A stretch of DNA of 64,000 nucleotides from an uncultured Nitrospiraceae bacterium (GCA_963705105.1 CAVPIW010000012.1:32001-96000); one strand, 5' to 3'; positions 20,752-31,537 are shown, counted from the first letter of the stretch. The notes: a model not told the origin generated them from the sequence alone. A program made the numbers and translations.

Positions 20752-21767
20752 ACGATACGTTTTTGAGGGCATGCCGTGGGGAGGAGACGGACTACACCCC
20801 TGTCTGGCTCATGCGTCAGGCCGGCAGGTACCTGCCGGAGTACCAGAAAGTGCGGTCCAAAGTGGACTTCCTCACCCTCTGCAAGACGCCGGAACTTGCT
20901 GCCGAGGTCACCCTGCAGCCCGTCGACATCCTGAAGGTGGACGCGGCCATCCTCTTTTCCGACATCCTTGTGCCCGTCGAACCCATGGGCCTGCACCTCG
21001 AATTCTCGGAATCGAAGGGTCCTGTCCTGTCCAACCCCGTGCGCGATGAGGCCGGCGTCAAAAACCTGCGTGGCCTCAGCCCCGACGATGATGTGCCCTT
21101 CGTCCTGGAGGCGATCAGGATCCTGCGGCAGCGTCTTCCCGTTCCTCTCATCGGGTTCTCCGGCGCCCCCTTCACCCTGGCGACATACATGATCGAGGGC
21201 GGGACATCGAGGAACTTCCTCCAGACGAAAAAGATGATGTTTCGCACCCCTGAAGTCTTCTCCCTGCTCATGGACAAGATCACCGATATGGTCATCAGCT
21301 ACCTTTCGGGACAGATCAGGGCCGGGGTGCAGGCCGTGCAGATCTTCGATTCCTGGGTGGGCATCCTCTCTCCCCTGGATTTCAGGCGCTTCGCCCTCCC
21401 CGCTGTGCGGCGGATCATCGCGTCACTGAAGGGGCAGGTCCCCGTAATCTATTTCGCGATGAACGCCGATGCCATGCTCGATGACGTGCGTGAAGCCGGT
21501 GCGGATATCTATGGGCTGGACTGGCGCATCGAGATACAGAAGGCCCTCTCCGTCCTCGGCATCGATGCCGTGGTCCAGGGCAACCTCGATCCCTGCATCC
21601 TCTTCGGGACGAGGGAACTCATTCGTGGGCGCGTCGGGGACGTCCTGCGGAGCGCCTCGGGTGCGCGGGGCCACATCTTCAACCTCGGCCACGGCATTCT
21701 TCCCGAAACTCCTCCCGACAATGCGAAAGCGATGGTCGATGCCGTCCACGACCTGAGCAGCCGGTAA
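20748..21767 (+). CDS. hemE: Uroporphyrinogen decarboxylase
   Basis: [44 protein letters not shown]. Confidence 0.95.
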   Translation: MNDTFLRACRGEETDYTPVWLMRQAGRYLPEYQKVRSKVDFLTLCKTPELAAEVTLQPVDILKVDAAILFSDILVPVEPMGLHLEFSESKGPVLSNPVRDEAGVKNLRGLSPDDDVPFVLEAIRILRQRLPVPLIGFSGAPFTLATYMIEGGTSRNFLQTKKMMFRTPEVFSLLMDKITDMVISYLSGQIRAGVQAVQIFDSWVGILSPLDFRRFALPAVRRIIASLKGQVPVIYFAMNADAMLDDVREAGADIYGLDWRIEIQKALSVLGIDAVVQGNLDPCILFGTRELIRGRVGDVLRSASGARGHIFNLGHGILPETPPDNAKAMVDAVHDLSSR

Positions 21768-21885
21768 CGTTTCTTCCCCGATCGCAGACAACAGGCCTGT
21801 CATTGCACAGGAGAGACCTTGCACTCTTCCTGCCCTGCCGCGTGGCGTCGCGTCAAAAAGTTGCTATACTTTAGAGAGGAGAGGT

Positions 21886-22051
21886 TAACCTTGTAGCTGC
21901 ATAGAAAGGCGTGGCGAAGCACTCTGAAAAACAGTGTCAGTGACAGTGTGAGTGTCAGCAAAAAGGTCATCGCGATACAGGTGTCGCCGCAGCAAGGTTT
22001 TCGGCGCATACGCCCCGCCTTTCCCGGAAGTGTATTGCAACGATAAGGTTA
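21886..22051 (+). repeat. Modular repeat copy R4 (complete, TA-flanked)
   Basis: TA|ACCTTGTAGCTGCATAGAAAGGCGTGGCG...CGCCCCGCCTTTCCCGGAAGTGTATTGCAACGATAAGGT|TA. Confidence 0.88.
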
Positions 22052-22115
22052 ACAAACGGCAAGTATTGACTCTTTGTTGCGTGCAACGACGCCGACTGAG
22101 GATAAGGAGGGGCCA

Positions 22116-25100
22116 ATGGGAGCTGCGGAGGTCACCCGGCGACAGTTTTTACGCATATCCATGGGAGCCGTCGGCGCCGTCGCTGTGACGGAAGCCGCGG
22201 CCCTGGGAGCGGACATACCCGCTCTGAAAGAAAAGGCCAAGAGCATCCCGATGAGGAGGGGCAGACAGGTCCCGAGCATCTGCCCATACTGCTCTGTGGG
22301 CTGCGGACAGATTGTGACCGTCGACGATACGGGCAGGATCACCGGGATAGAGGGAAATCCCGATTCCCCCGTCAGTGAGGGCACCCTCTGCCCGAAAGGC
22401 GCAGCCACCTATCAGCTCGTCATGAACGAGCAGCGCTGGACGAAGGTGAAATACCGCGCCCCGGGCAGCGACCGCTGGGAGGACAAACCCCTCGACTGGG
22501 CGATGAACAGGATCGCCGAACTGGCAAAACAGACCCGCGACGCCAACTTCAACGAGTTTGAGGATGTTGCAGACGGCAAGGGAGGCACAGTCAGGAAGCG
22601 CGTGATGAACACCTATGCGATCGCCTCTCTCGGCGGCGCGACGATCGCCAACGAATGGAACTACATCCAGCAGAAGCTGATGCACGCCCTTGGCGTCGTA
22701 TCCGTGGAAAACCAGGCCCGCATATGACACTCCTCCACGGTCCCCGGACTGGGGATCACCTTCGGCCGAGGCGGGGCGACGACCTTCGCCCGGGACCTCG
22801 TCAATTCCGACGCGGTGCTGATCATGGGTTCGAACATGGCCGAGTGCCATCCCGTCGCGTTCCGCTGGCCCCTCAATGCCAAGACGGAGCGCGGGGCGGT
22901 CCTGATGCATGTCGACCCCCGGTACACGCGCACCTCCGCCATGTGCGACATTCACGTGCATATCCGCGCAGGCAGCGACATCGTCTTTCTGGGTGCGCTG
23001 ATCAAATATGTCATCGAGAGCGAGAGATGGAACACCGATCCGTTCTTTAGGGAGTACGTCGTCAACTACACGAATGCGGCCACGCTCGTGAGCACCGAAT
23101 ACAGGGATACGGAAGACCTCGACGGCGTCTTTTCCGGGCTGTCGGCCGATGCGAAGCGTTATACCGCCGCAAGCTGGTCCTATCAGCGTCTGCCGTCTCC
23201 GGCGCCGGCCGTCTCCACTGCGAAGACATTCAGCGACCTGCTTTTGCAGCGGGTGCCGGGTCGTCCGAAGACCGACCCAACGTTGCAAGACCCGCAGACC
23301 GTCTTCCAGATCGTCAAAAAGCACTTCGCGCGATATACGCCGGACATGGTCGAGCGCGTCTGCGGCTGTCCCCGGGAGACATTCATCAGGGTCGCCGAGA
23401 CCCTGCTCGCGAATTCAGGGCGTCACAAGACGTCGAACATCACCTATGCCGTCGGATGGACGCAGCACACCGTGGGCGTCCAGATCATCCGCACCGCCGG
23501 AATGCTGCAGGCGCTGCTCGGCAACATCGGACGACCGGGAGGCGGGATCCTGGCCCTGCGGGGTCATGCCTCGATTCAGGGTTCGACGGATATCGCGACG
23601 CTCTATCATTCGCTGCCCGGCTACCTGAACATGCCCGATGCGCGCAAGGCGCACGACAGCCTGACGGATTTCATCCTGACCGAAGCCGTTCCCCTGTCGA
23701 CGAGCTACTGGGGCAATTACCCGAAGTTCGCCGTCTCCTACCTCAAGGCCCAGTTCGGCGACGCCGCGACGAAGGACAACGACTACGGATACGACTATCA
23801 TCCCAAGATCACCGGCGACCATTCTCACCTGCCGATGTTTGTGGACATGATGTCGGGCAGGATTAAAGGGTTATTAGTGCTGGGGCAGAACCCCGCCGTG
23901 GGCGGCCAGAACGCACGCTTCCAGCGCAAGGCCCTGGCCAAACTGGACTGGCTGGTCGTGCGCGACTTCTTCGAGACCGAGACGGCCTCTTTCTGGCGGA
24001 ACTCTCCGGAAGTAAGATCGGGAGAGTTGAAGACAGGGGAAATCAGGACCGAGGTGTTCTTCCTCCCCGCCGCCGCCGTTCCTGAAATGGAGGGGTCCTT
24101 TACCAATACCCAGCGCCTGCTCCAGTATCATGAAAAGGCGGCGGACCCGCCTGAAGACGCGCGCAGCAACCTTTGGTTCACCTATCATCTGGGCTGGAAG
24201 CTGAAAAAACTGTATGCAAATTCCGGGAAAGACCGCGACTGGGCGATCAGGAACCTGCTCTGGGATTACGAGCCCGAGCCCTCCGGCGTGGCGCGGTGGC
24301 GCATCAGGGATGAGCCGTCGGCTTACAAGGTGCTCAAGGAGATCAACGGCTACACGTGGGGGGACAAGAAGCCGCTGTCCACGTTCGCCGGCCTCAGGGA
24401 AGACGGATCGACGGCCTGCGGAGCATGGATCTATACCGGCGTCATACCCGAAGAAGGCAGGAACAACGCAGCACGCCGCCGGCCCGACAACTGGATCTCG
24501 CCCGACTGGGGTTTCACCTGGCCTGCCAATCGTCATATCATGTATAACCGCGCCTCGGCGGACCTGAAGGGTAATCCCTGGTCGGAGGAGAAGAAGCTCG
24601 TCTACTGGGATGCAGAGGCGGACAGCGGCGTGAAGGACGCCGGCGGTAACCCGATTCGCGGCAAATGGGTCGCGCCCTCCGGCGACGGCATCGACTTTGC
24701 CGTGACGAAGGCGCCGGGATCGCGGGGCCGGGACGACGGTCTGGCCTTCGACTGGCTGGGCGGCAACGATCCGTTCATCATGCGGCCCGACGGCAAGGCA
24801 TGGCTTTTTGCGCCCTTCGGCCTGGTCGATGGACCGCTGCCCGCACATTACGAGCCCTACGAATCGCCGGTCCGCAATGTCGTCTACACGCAGCAGGCCA
24901 ACCCGATGGTGAAGGTCTGGAAGGTGGACGGCAACCCCTATCACAAAGTCGCTGACCCCTCCTATCCCATCGTGGTGACGACCTATCGCCTCACCGAACA
25001 TTACCTGAGCGGGTCCATGAGCCGCTGGCTGCCCTGGCTTGCGGAGCTGATGCCCGAGCTCTTCTGCGAGATCTCACCGGAGCTTGCAGCGGAAAAGGGT

Positions 25101-25370
25101 GTCAGGAACGGAGACTACGTGACGATCGAGACGGCGCGCGGAGAGATCCAGGCCCGTGCGCTTGTGACGCGGCGCATGAAGCCTTTTGTCATTGACGGAA
25201 GAAGGGTGCACCAGATCGGCCTGCCCTGGCACTGGGGATGGCAGGGCAACGCTGCCGGTGATGTGGTGAACGACCTGAGCGTCCTTGTGGCGGACCCGAA
25301 TGTCTCGATCCACGAAGGGAAGGTCTTCACCTGCAACATCCGGTCGGGAAAGAGAGGAGGTGCGGTGTAA
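22116..25370 (+). CDS. fdhA: Formate dehydrogenase alpha subunit (FdnG/FdhA-type), selenocysteine at TGA 22725-22727
   Basis: Tat TRRQFL, CPYCSVGC..C, ENQARI-U-HSSTV. ORFs 22074 and 22815 share one frame and are separated only by this TGA; RBS AAGGAGG. Confidence 0.92.
22739..22757 (+). promoter_or_regulatory. Bacterial SECIS-like hairpin
   Basis: GGTCCCC-GGACT-GGGGATC stem-loop starting 11 nt after the UGA. Confidence 0.75.
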
Positions 25371-25371
25371 T

Positions 25372-26229
25372 ATGGCCAAGGGAATGTTTGTGGACACCTC
25401 TGTCTGTACGGGCTGCAAGGCCTGCCAGGTGGCGTGCAAGGAATGGAACGGGCTCGACCCCGAGCCGGCGCATTTCAGACGGATGCCCGGAGCGCCCTAT
25501 CCGGTCGCATTCAATTTTACGGGCAATTCCTACGATAACACCGGCAAACTGACATCGACGAACTGGCGGCATGTCCGTTTTATCGAGCAAATCAATGAGA
25601 GCCGCTCCGTGGCGCGCTGGCTCTTCATGAGCGATTCCTGCAAGCACTGCAATGACGCCGCCTGCCTGAACGTCTGCCCTGTGGAGGCCATCGAGCGGAC
25701 CGGCATGGGCAATGTGGTCGTCCGCCAGGACAAGTGCGTCGGCAGCAGGCTCTGCAATGCCGCCTGTCCCTACGGGGTGGTCTGGTTCAGCGAGAAGACC
25801 CGTACGTCACACAAGTGCACCCTCTGCAACGACCGCATCCACAACGGTCTGGGCACGGCATGCTCCAAGGCCTGCCCGACGGGATCGATCCGGTTCGGAG
25901 AAGTCTCAGAGCTCAAGGCGATGGCTGATGCCCGTCTTGCCAGGCTCGGGGCCCTCGGGCATGGGAAGGCGAACATCTACGGGTACCGTGAGGCGGGCGG
26001 CCTCAACGTCTTTTACCTGCTCATGGACCGGCCCCGCGTCTACGGTCTGCCGGAAAAGCCCGTCGTGCCGCAGAGGGGCCAGCCGCTCTCTTCGATACCG
26101 GGCAAACTCGCCCTGATTGCGGCGGGAGCCGCAGCCCTGGTCAGTTTCCGCGAGAGAGGCGCAAGGATTCGACAGGACGATGAGGAGAAAGAATCCATAG
26201 GGAAGAGTGATGGCAAGCAACCCCATTGA
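25372..26229 (+). CDS. fdhB: Formate dehydrogenase iron-sulfur beta subunit
   Basis: CTGCKACQVAC, CKHCNDAACLNVCP, KCTLC..ACSKACPTG; C-terminal hydrophobic stretch. Confidence 0.9.
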   Translation: MAKGMFVDTSVCTGCKACQVACKEWNGLDPEPAHFRRMPGAPYPVAFNFTGNSYDNTGKLTSTNWRHVRFIEQINESRSVARWLFMSDSCKHCNDAACLNVCPVEAIERTGMGNVVVRQDKCVGSRLCNAACPYGVVWFSEKTRTSHKCTLCNDRIHNGLGTACSKACPTGSIRFGEVSELKAMADARLARLGALGHGKANIYGYREAGGLNVFYLLMDRPRVYGLPEKPVVPQRGQPLSSIPGKLALIAAGAAALVSFRERGARIRQDDEEKESIGKSDGKQPH

Positions 26230-27073
26230 AGGCGAGCCGGTTTGGATGCGCTTGCAGGCGCTGGCTCAGGACTCTCCGGATATGCGTGATGCCGCACTGT
26301 TTTACGGGAGCATACTGCCGCTCCTCTGCGATGCCGATCTCGGTATAACACCGGTTTCTCTTACGGCCGGAGAGGCCCGATCCAAAATGGAGGCGGGCCT
26401 GCCGCTCCTTCAAGACCTGGAACTGGAACTTGACGGCGCGGCGGTGCGCAGGCTGGCGACCGGACTTGCCCGTGCCCTGGAAACGACGGGCGGGGGAAAA
26501 CAGGCGGAGGCACGCCGGATCCGTCTGGTCCTTGAGGATAATACTCCGGACTTTGACAGCCTCCTGCAGCATATCGCTGCCGGGGATGGGGCCTCCGTGA
26601 AGTCCGCGGCGGAGGATCAGGACGTCGACGCCGATCTTCTCTGCACGTTGATGCGCTATGCCCTTAAGCCGGCCCTGTGGTCGTGGCGCCGGCAGTTGAC
26701 CCCGCTGGTCGAAGGAGTGAGGTGGCATAAGGGGTTTTGCTTCGTCTGCGGCGCCTGCTCAACATTGGGTGAGCTGCGTGACGACTTTCTCGTCAAGCAT
26801 CTGCGTTGCGGACAATGCGGCGCCGATTGGCAGGTTTCACGCCTGCAGTGCACGCACTGCGGCAACGAGGACCACAAAAGTCTCGGTTTTTTGCGCGACG
26901 ACAGACAGGCCGACGGAGCGATGATTGAAGTGTGCGAGGTTTGCAGGGGATATCTCAAAGTGATGACATCCTTTGCTCCCACACCTGCCGAGTTGCTGAC
27001 CGTCGCAGACCTGGCGACGCTCACCCTCGACTGCATCGCCCTGGAACGGGGCTACCGCCGGTCGGCGGTTTGA
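26210..27073 (+). CDS. fdhE: Formate dehydrogenase accessory protein FdhE
   Basis: CFVCG, CGQCGADW, CTHCGN, CEVCRGYLK, DLATLTLD. Confidence 0.88.
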   Translation: MASNPIEGEPVWMRLQALAQDSPDMRDAALFYGSILPLLCDADLGITPVSLTAGEARSKMEAGLPLLQDLELELDGAAVRRLATGLARALETTGGGKQAEARRIRLVLEDNTPDFDSLLQHIAAGDGASVKSAAEDQDVDADLLCTLMRYALKPALWSWRRQLTPLVEGVRWHKGFCFVCGACSTLGELRDDFLVKHLRCGQCGADWQVSRLQCTHCGNEDHKSLGFLRDDRQADGAMIEVCEVCRGYLKVMTSFAPTPAELLTVADLATLTLDCIALERGYRRSAV

Positions 27074-27157
27074 AAATGCGGGGTCAGACTTGCAAATTGC
27101 TTTTGGCGATCTCCGGCTCTTCCCGCTACTCCGGAACAAAGAGGAAAGGGGTAGTGC

Positions 27158-27688
27158 TCAGGGCCTGATTTCGATGGGTGTGCCGTCGGGCACGAGATGC
27201 CAGATTTCCTCGATCTCGTTGTTCGTGACGGCGATGCACCCGTTCGTCCAGTCCGATTTCCGGTAGGACTGCTCTGCCTTTGCCATGCCGTTCGGAAGAC
27301 CATGGATCATAATATCACCGCCCGGCGTCACGCCCATTTTCTGCGCCCTCTGAATGTCCGCCTCGCTCGGGTAGGATATGCGGATGGACAGGTGATACTT
27401 ACTGTTGGGGTTCCGGGTATCCAGTATGTACGTGCCCTCCGGGGTACGCTGGTCCCCCGTTTTCAGCTTGTGTCCCTGGGGATTGCCGCCGAGAGAAACC
27501 CTGTAGGTCTTGAGGATTTCGCCTTCCTTCAAGACCACCAGCACTCTTTTGCTCTTGAAGACGACTACCTTGTCGGCGCCGGGAATGGTGGCGCCGGCCC
27601 TCTCAGCCGGCAACGCAGAGAATACGACGGGCCCGATGATCGCCAATGCGACCAGCAAGCGGGACGTTCTGCCGATGAATTCAAACAA
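27158..27688 (-). CDS. L,D-transpeptidase (YkuD) family protein
   Basis: GDQRTPEGTY, IMIHG..WTNGCIAV. Confidence 0.88.
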   Translation of the reverse strand: MFEFIGRTSRLLVALAIIGPVVFSALPAERAGATIPGADKVVVFKSKRVLVVLKEGEILKTYRVSLGGNPQGHKLKTGDQRTPEGTYILDTRNPNSKYHLSIRISYPSEADIQRAQKMGVTPGGDIMIHGLPNGMAKAEQSYRKSDWTNGCIAVTNNEIEEIWHLVPDGTPIEIRP

Positions 27689-28205
27689 TGTTCACCCCCA
27701 GTACATTTTTCATGATCCTCAGGGCTGCGTCATGGTCCTCTTTCGCCAATCCGGCGATGCCGTCGCCGACGACGGTGACCTTCAAATCCCTCAGGCTTGC
27801 CTCGTAGGCAGTGAAGAGGATGCAGATATGCGTGACGCATCCCGTCAGTCTCACGCTGTCGATACCGAGCGCCCTGATCAGCTCGTCGAGGCGCGTATTA
27901 TAGAAACTCGAATAGGTCATTTTTTCGACGATGATGTCCCCTTCGCCGGGTTCCAGTTCTTTGACGATGCGGTCGCCCTCGGAGCCGCGGACGCCGTGGG
28001 CAGGCCACCCGAATTTGACGAACTCCCTGTCCCCGGGGGCGTGGGTGTCGCAGACGTAGATGACGGGATTTCCCGATGACCGGGCCCGTTCGATCTCCCG
28101 GGAGATATTGGGGAGGATGTCCCTCGTGGCAGGCACCTCCAGGGGCGCCCCCTCACGGACGAAATCGTTCAGCATGTCAATGATGATGAGCGCTTCCTTC
28201 CCCAT
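27681..28205 (-). CDS. Isochorismatase-family cysteine hydrolase (nicotinamidase-like)
   Basis: ALIIIDMLNDF, D-T-H, WPAH, EK..YSSF, GCVTHICI. Confidence 0.88.
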   Translation of the reverse strand: MGKEALIIIDMLNDFVREGAPLEVPATRDILPNISREIERARSSGNPVIYVCDTHAPGDREFVKFGWPAHGVRGSEGDRIVKELEPGEGDIIVEKMTYSSFYNTRLDELIRALGIDSVRLTGCVTHICILFTAYEASLRDLKVTVVGDGIAGLAKEDHDAALRIMKNVLGVNIV

Positions 28206-28226
28206 TGTCTCATTTCTCGTCACCAC

Positions 28227-28724
28227 TCATTCCACTATATCATCGACGATGTTGAACTTGTCCTGAAGAGCGATCTGGACCGGGTCGGGAACGAGGCCGG
28301 CGATACTCCCCCCGAAGGAGGCCACTTCCTTGACGATCGTCGACGTAAGGAATGTGTATTCTTCGGATGGCATCATGAACACCGTCTCGATGCTCATGTC
28401 CAGCCTCCTGTTCATGAGCGCCATCTGGAGCTCGTACTCGAAGTCGGAAATGGCACGCAGTCCCCGTATGATGACGACGGCGCCGCGCTCCTTCACGTAA
28501 TCGACGAGGAGCCCGTGAAAGGGCTCCGCCCTGACATTCGGGAATTTCCGGACCGCCTCCCTGATCATGGACAGCCGCTCGTCGAGCGAGAAGAGGGGCT
28601 GCTTTTTCGGATTGGGAGCGACAGCGATGATGATCTCGTCAAAAAGTCTCAGGCCCCGCTCGACGAGGTCGAGGTGTCCGTTGGTGATAGGGTCGAAGGT
28701 CCCGGGATAGATGGCTAATCTCAT
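28227..28724 (-). CDS. coaD: Phosphopantetheine adenylyltransferase
   Basis: [35 protein letters not shown]. Confidence 0.96.
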   Translation of the reverse strand: MRLAIYPGTFDPITNGHLDLVERGLRLFDEIIIAVAPNPKKQPLFSLDERLSMIREAVRKFPNVRAEPFHGLLVDYVKERGAVVIIRGLRAISDFEYELQMALMNRRLDMSIETVFMMPSEEYTFLTSTIVKEVASFGGSIAGLVPDPVQIALQDKFNIVDDIVE

Positions 28725-28835
28725 GGTTGTCTTTTCCCTTCGTCGTGTTGGTGCCAGTCGGCACATTACCGCAATGGATCATGCCGATAGGGTAATGCGC
28801 GCTTTTTTATATTTTACACCAAAAACAGTCAGAAA

Positions 28836-29214
28836 TAACCTTGCAGTTGCATAGAAAGGCGTGACGAAGCGCTCTGAAAAACAGTGACAGTGTGAGTGTC
28901 AGTGTCAGTGTCGGTGTCACTACCGCTGCCGCCGGGGAAGGCAGATATGGTTCAAAGCCTTTCCAATGCGATGATGAGACATCTCAAGGTGTTCAGCGCC
29001 TGTTGCCTGACGGCTCTTGTCATCAATAGACACGGAAAGGGTGGTCTGGTGATACACAGGGTATCTTAGAGGAAAGGCTTTTCACCACATCAGCCTTCCC
29101 GTCGTGCCTTTGTCGTCTTGTTCCGACTGCTGACCAATGACTTAATGGCTCATGACTATTCTGGTGGCATCTTCGCCCCGCCTTTCCGGATGTCCTGTTG
29201 CAACCATATGGTTA
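28836..29214 (+). repeat. Modular repeat copy R5 (379 bp, between coaD and rsmD)
   Basis: TA|ACCTTGCAGTTGCATAGAAAGGC...GCCCCGCCTTTCCGGATGTCCTGTTGCAACCATATGGT|TA. Confidence 0.85.
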
Positions 29215-29778
29215 AGCCGGCTGATTTTGATAGACCGTCAGGGCTGTATCGCCGTAGCGGTACGCCTTTTTCAGGCGGAGCGATCCGATCTCCGGCGCCA
29301 GAGAACGTCGTGACGAATGTTCGACGATGACGAGGTCGTCATCCGCCAGGGCTTCGGAGTCAGCGATGACGGGAAGAATGCGGTCGATCTCGCCCGATTC
29401 ATAGGGGGGATCAACGAAGATGATGTCGAAGGGTGTCTCGCATCTCCTGATGAATCTGAGCGCGTCGTCCTTTACGAGAGAGCATTGTGAGGAGAACCCG
29501 AAGCGTTCCGTCATATCCCTGATGGCCGCAATCCTCGCTTGAAGAACGTCGACAAAGACGACCTCCGCTGCTCCCCTGCTCAGGGCCTCGATGCCGACTG
29601 CTCCCGTCCCGGTGTAAAGATCAAGAAAACGGCAACCTGCAATCCTGTCGCCGATGATATCGAAGAGTGCCTTCCGCACCTTCGCCGCCGTGGGCCGGAG
29701 GCCGGCATCCTGCGTGCCCGAGAAGGACTTCCTCATGCCCACCTTTCTCCCTTTGGCGCTGCCGCCGATGATCCTCAT
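29212..29778 (-). CDS. rsmD: 16S rRNA m2G966 methyltransferase
   Basis: MRIIGG..KG, LRPT, LDLYTGTGAVGIEALSRGA, DPPY, YGDT. Confidence 0.92.
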   Translation of the reverse strand: MRIIGGSAKGRKVGMRKSFSGTQDAGLRPTAAKVRKALFDIIGDRIAGCRFLDLYTGTGAVGIEALSRGAAEVVFVDVLQARIAAIRDMTERFGFSSQCSLVKDDALRFIRRCETPFDIIFVDPPYESGEIDRILPVIADSEALADDDLVIVEHSSRRSLAPEIGSLRLKKAYRYGDTALTVYQNQPA

Positions 29779-30164
29779 AGGGACATGATACACCGCCGGG
29801 AAAACAACGGGCAATTACTAAAGTTGTATACATCTGGAAAAAGGGCAGGTCGAAGATGCCGGACGAACTTGGCGTCGGTTTCAGAAAGAGCACAAAAGAC
29901 CGTCCCGCACATGATCTACGGCTGAGCCGGAAGAAAGATTCGGGGTATATTTCTGAGCGCGGTCTTTTCGACGCCTCCTCAATGATCAGCTTATTAATGC
30001 GTTGCCGTCTTCATCGGGATGTCCGCACGAGTCACTCATCTCGAACCTGTAAGGACCTCAGCCACGACTTCTCACTTGGCGGAATCGGCCGACACTCACG
30101 ATTTCGAGACGAACTATTGTGACGCCGATCGCTACCCAGAGGGTGCAAGAAAATGTCGCTATCG

Positions 30165-30227
30165 GGTTAACGATAGGCATCGGCGGGAGCCAGGTTTTTA
30201 GCGATCCGCTGAATGCCCTGGTTCGGC
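30165..30227 (-). mobile_element. Solitary integron attC-like site (63 bp)
   Basis: Minus strand: R'' GCCGAAC, 5-nt spacer, L'' CATTCAGC, central stem, L' GCCGATG, 6-nt spacer, R' GTTAACC; directly after a TAA stop. Confidence 0.7.
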
Positions 30228-30398
30228 GTTACTGACGATTGATTTGTATATTGCCCATTTTGGCGCCGTAAAGGTCAATATGGGGCACCAAAGAAGGCCT
30301 TTCCCCCAGTTGTAACCGTTTAATGTCTCTGCCTGCTATCATGGTCTGACACCATGGGTTTATAGAACGCAGACGAAGCGCGGTAGAATGCATTGGGC

Positions 30399-31016
30399 CT
30401 ATTTTGCCACGCCTCCGTGAGGCTTGTAGAAGAAGAACTCGCCAATCTCGACTGTCTTGATGTATTCCTTGGACCAACTGGGGGTTGCTTTCCGCTGATG
30501 GAAATACAATGCGCCACCGGTTCTGTCCGTTAGTTGCCGGTTGAGAGCTTTTCGAGCTATTTCCTTGGCGATCGCGTAAGATTCATCCTCCTTTGCGTCA
30601 TCCGAACGGCCATCGCACCACCACGAGAACTGGCATGCACCCTGCTCGCGGCCCTGCATGACAATTTTACAAATCGTCTCTGGAAATCCCTCATGGCCTA
30701 ACCGGTTCATAACAACATTGGCGATTGCTTCCATGCCGGTAACCCCCTCACTCCTGGCCTCCCAGTAGATGGTGCGTGAAAGACAGGTGATCACATCGTT
30801 CAAGGGCCCTTTGCCGACAGGATCGACCGCCTGCGCTTCAGTCTTTTTGATGATCTCGGATGGAGAAGGGACCGCCTTGCTACCCTCCGCTGCATTCTTC
30901 TCCAGTACCCCCGCCTTTCTCTCAGTGGCTTCCGCCTTCTGTGCCTGGTCAGCCGCGGTCGCCTGGCCCACAAGAAGGATTGTCGCAAGGCAGAGCACAA
31001 CCCACATCTGTCGCAT
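30399..31016 (-). CDS. Cell wall hydrolase (SleB/Hydrolase_2 family)
   Basis: CLSRTIYWEARSE, VVMNR, CQFSWWCDG, GALYFH; signal peptide. Confidence 0.9.
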   Translation of the reverse strand: MRQMWVVLCLATILLVGQATAADQAQKAEATERKAGVLEKNAAEGSKAVPSPSEIIKKTEAQAVDPVGKGPLNDVITCLSRTIYWEARSEGVTGMEAIANVVMNRLGHEGFPETICKIVMQGREQGACQFSWWCDGRSDDAKEDESYAIAKEIARKALNRQLTDRTGGALYFHQRKATPSWSKEYIKTVEIGEFFFYKPHGGVAK

Positions 31017-31083
31017 GGTCAAACCTCCTGGACGACTCAAACATGGCCCCACGCCCGGGCACGATATGTCCGACGGGACAACC

Positions 31084-31506
31084 TTATCTCACTTCAGGAG
31101 CGCCAGTATCCGCTTTTCCATGCCTCAAGTCTGCTCGGGCACGCTCAGCCAAGCTCGCGTATTGGGCGCGGATACTTTCCAAATCTTCTTGTTCTAATTC
31201 CTCCAAATTCAGAAGCGCATTATGCGCCCCTTTCGTGACGCGTATTAACTCGTCCAGCTTCACTTGCACTGCTTCGGCATCGCGGTTCTGAGTGTTCTGA
31301 ATAAGAAATACCATCAGAAATGTAACAACGGTCGTGCCCGTGTTGATCACCAACTGCCACGTATCACTGAACCCAAACAAAGGACCGGTGATAATCCAAA
31401 CCAGAATGACTCCGGCTGCTACAACAAATGCAGCCGGCCTGCCGGTTATTCGCGCCGTCGACTTTGCGAATTTTGTAAACCCCGAGGCTGTTTTAGTGGG
31501 TTGCAT
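31084..31506 (-). CDS. Low-affinity iron permease (Fet4-like) family membrane protein
   Basis: GPLFGFSDTWQLVINTGTTVVTFLMVFLIQNTQNRD..KLDELI. Confidence 0.88.
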   Translation of the reverse strand: MQPTKTASGFTKFAKSTARITGRPAAFVVAAGVILVWIITGPLFGFSDTWQLVINTGTTVVTFLMVFLIQNTQNRDAEAVQVKLDELIRVTKGAHNALLNLEELEQEDLESIRAQYASLAERARADLRHGKADTGAPEVR

Positions 31507-31537
31507 TTTCTTCTCCTAATGAGAATTATACCCTGAT

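Noticed and set aside
29815..30160. tRNA or integrase attachment site at the island border
   Set aside because: No cloverleaf or T-arm motif and no integrase similarity visible.
30229..30477. 82-aa ORF ending at the attC site as an intact cassette gene
   Set aside because: Its 5' part overlaps the cell wall hydrolase gene and there is no RBS or recognisable domain; at best a 3' remnant.
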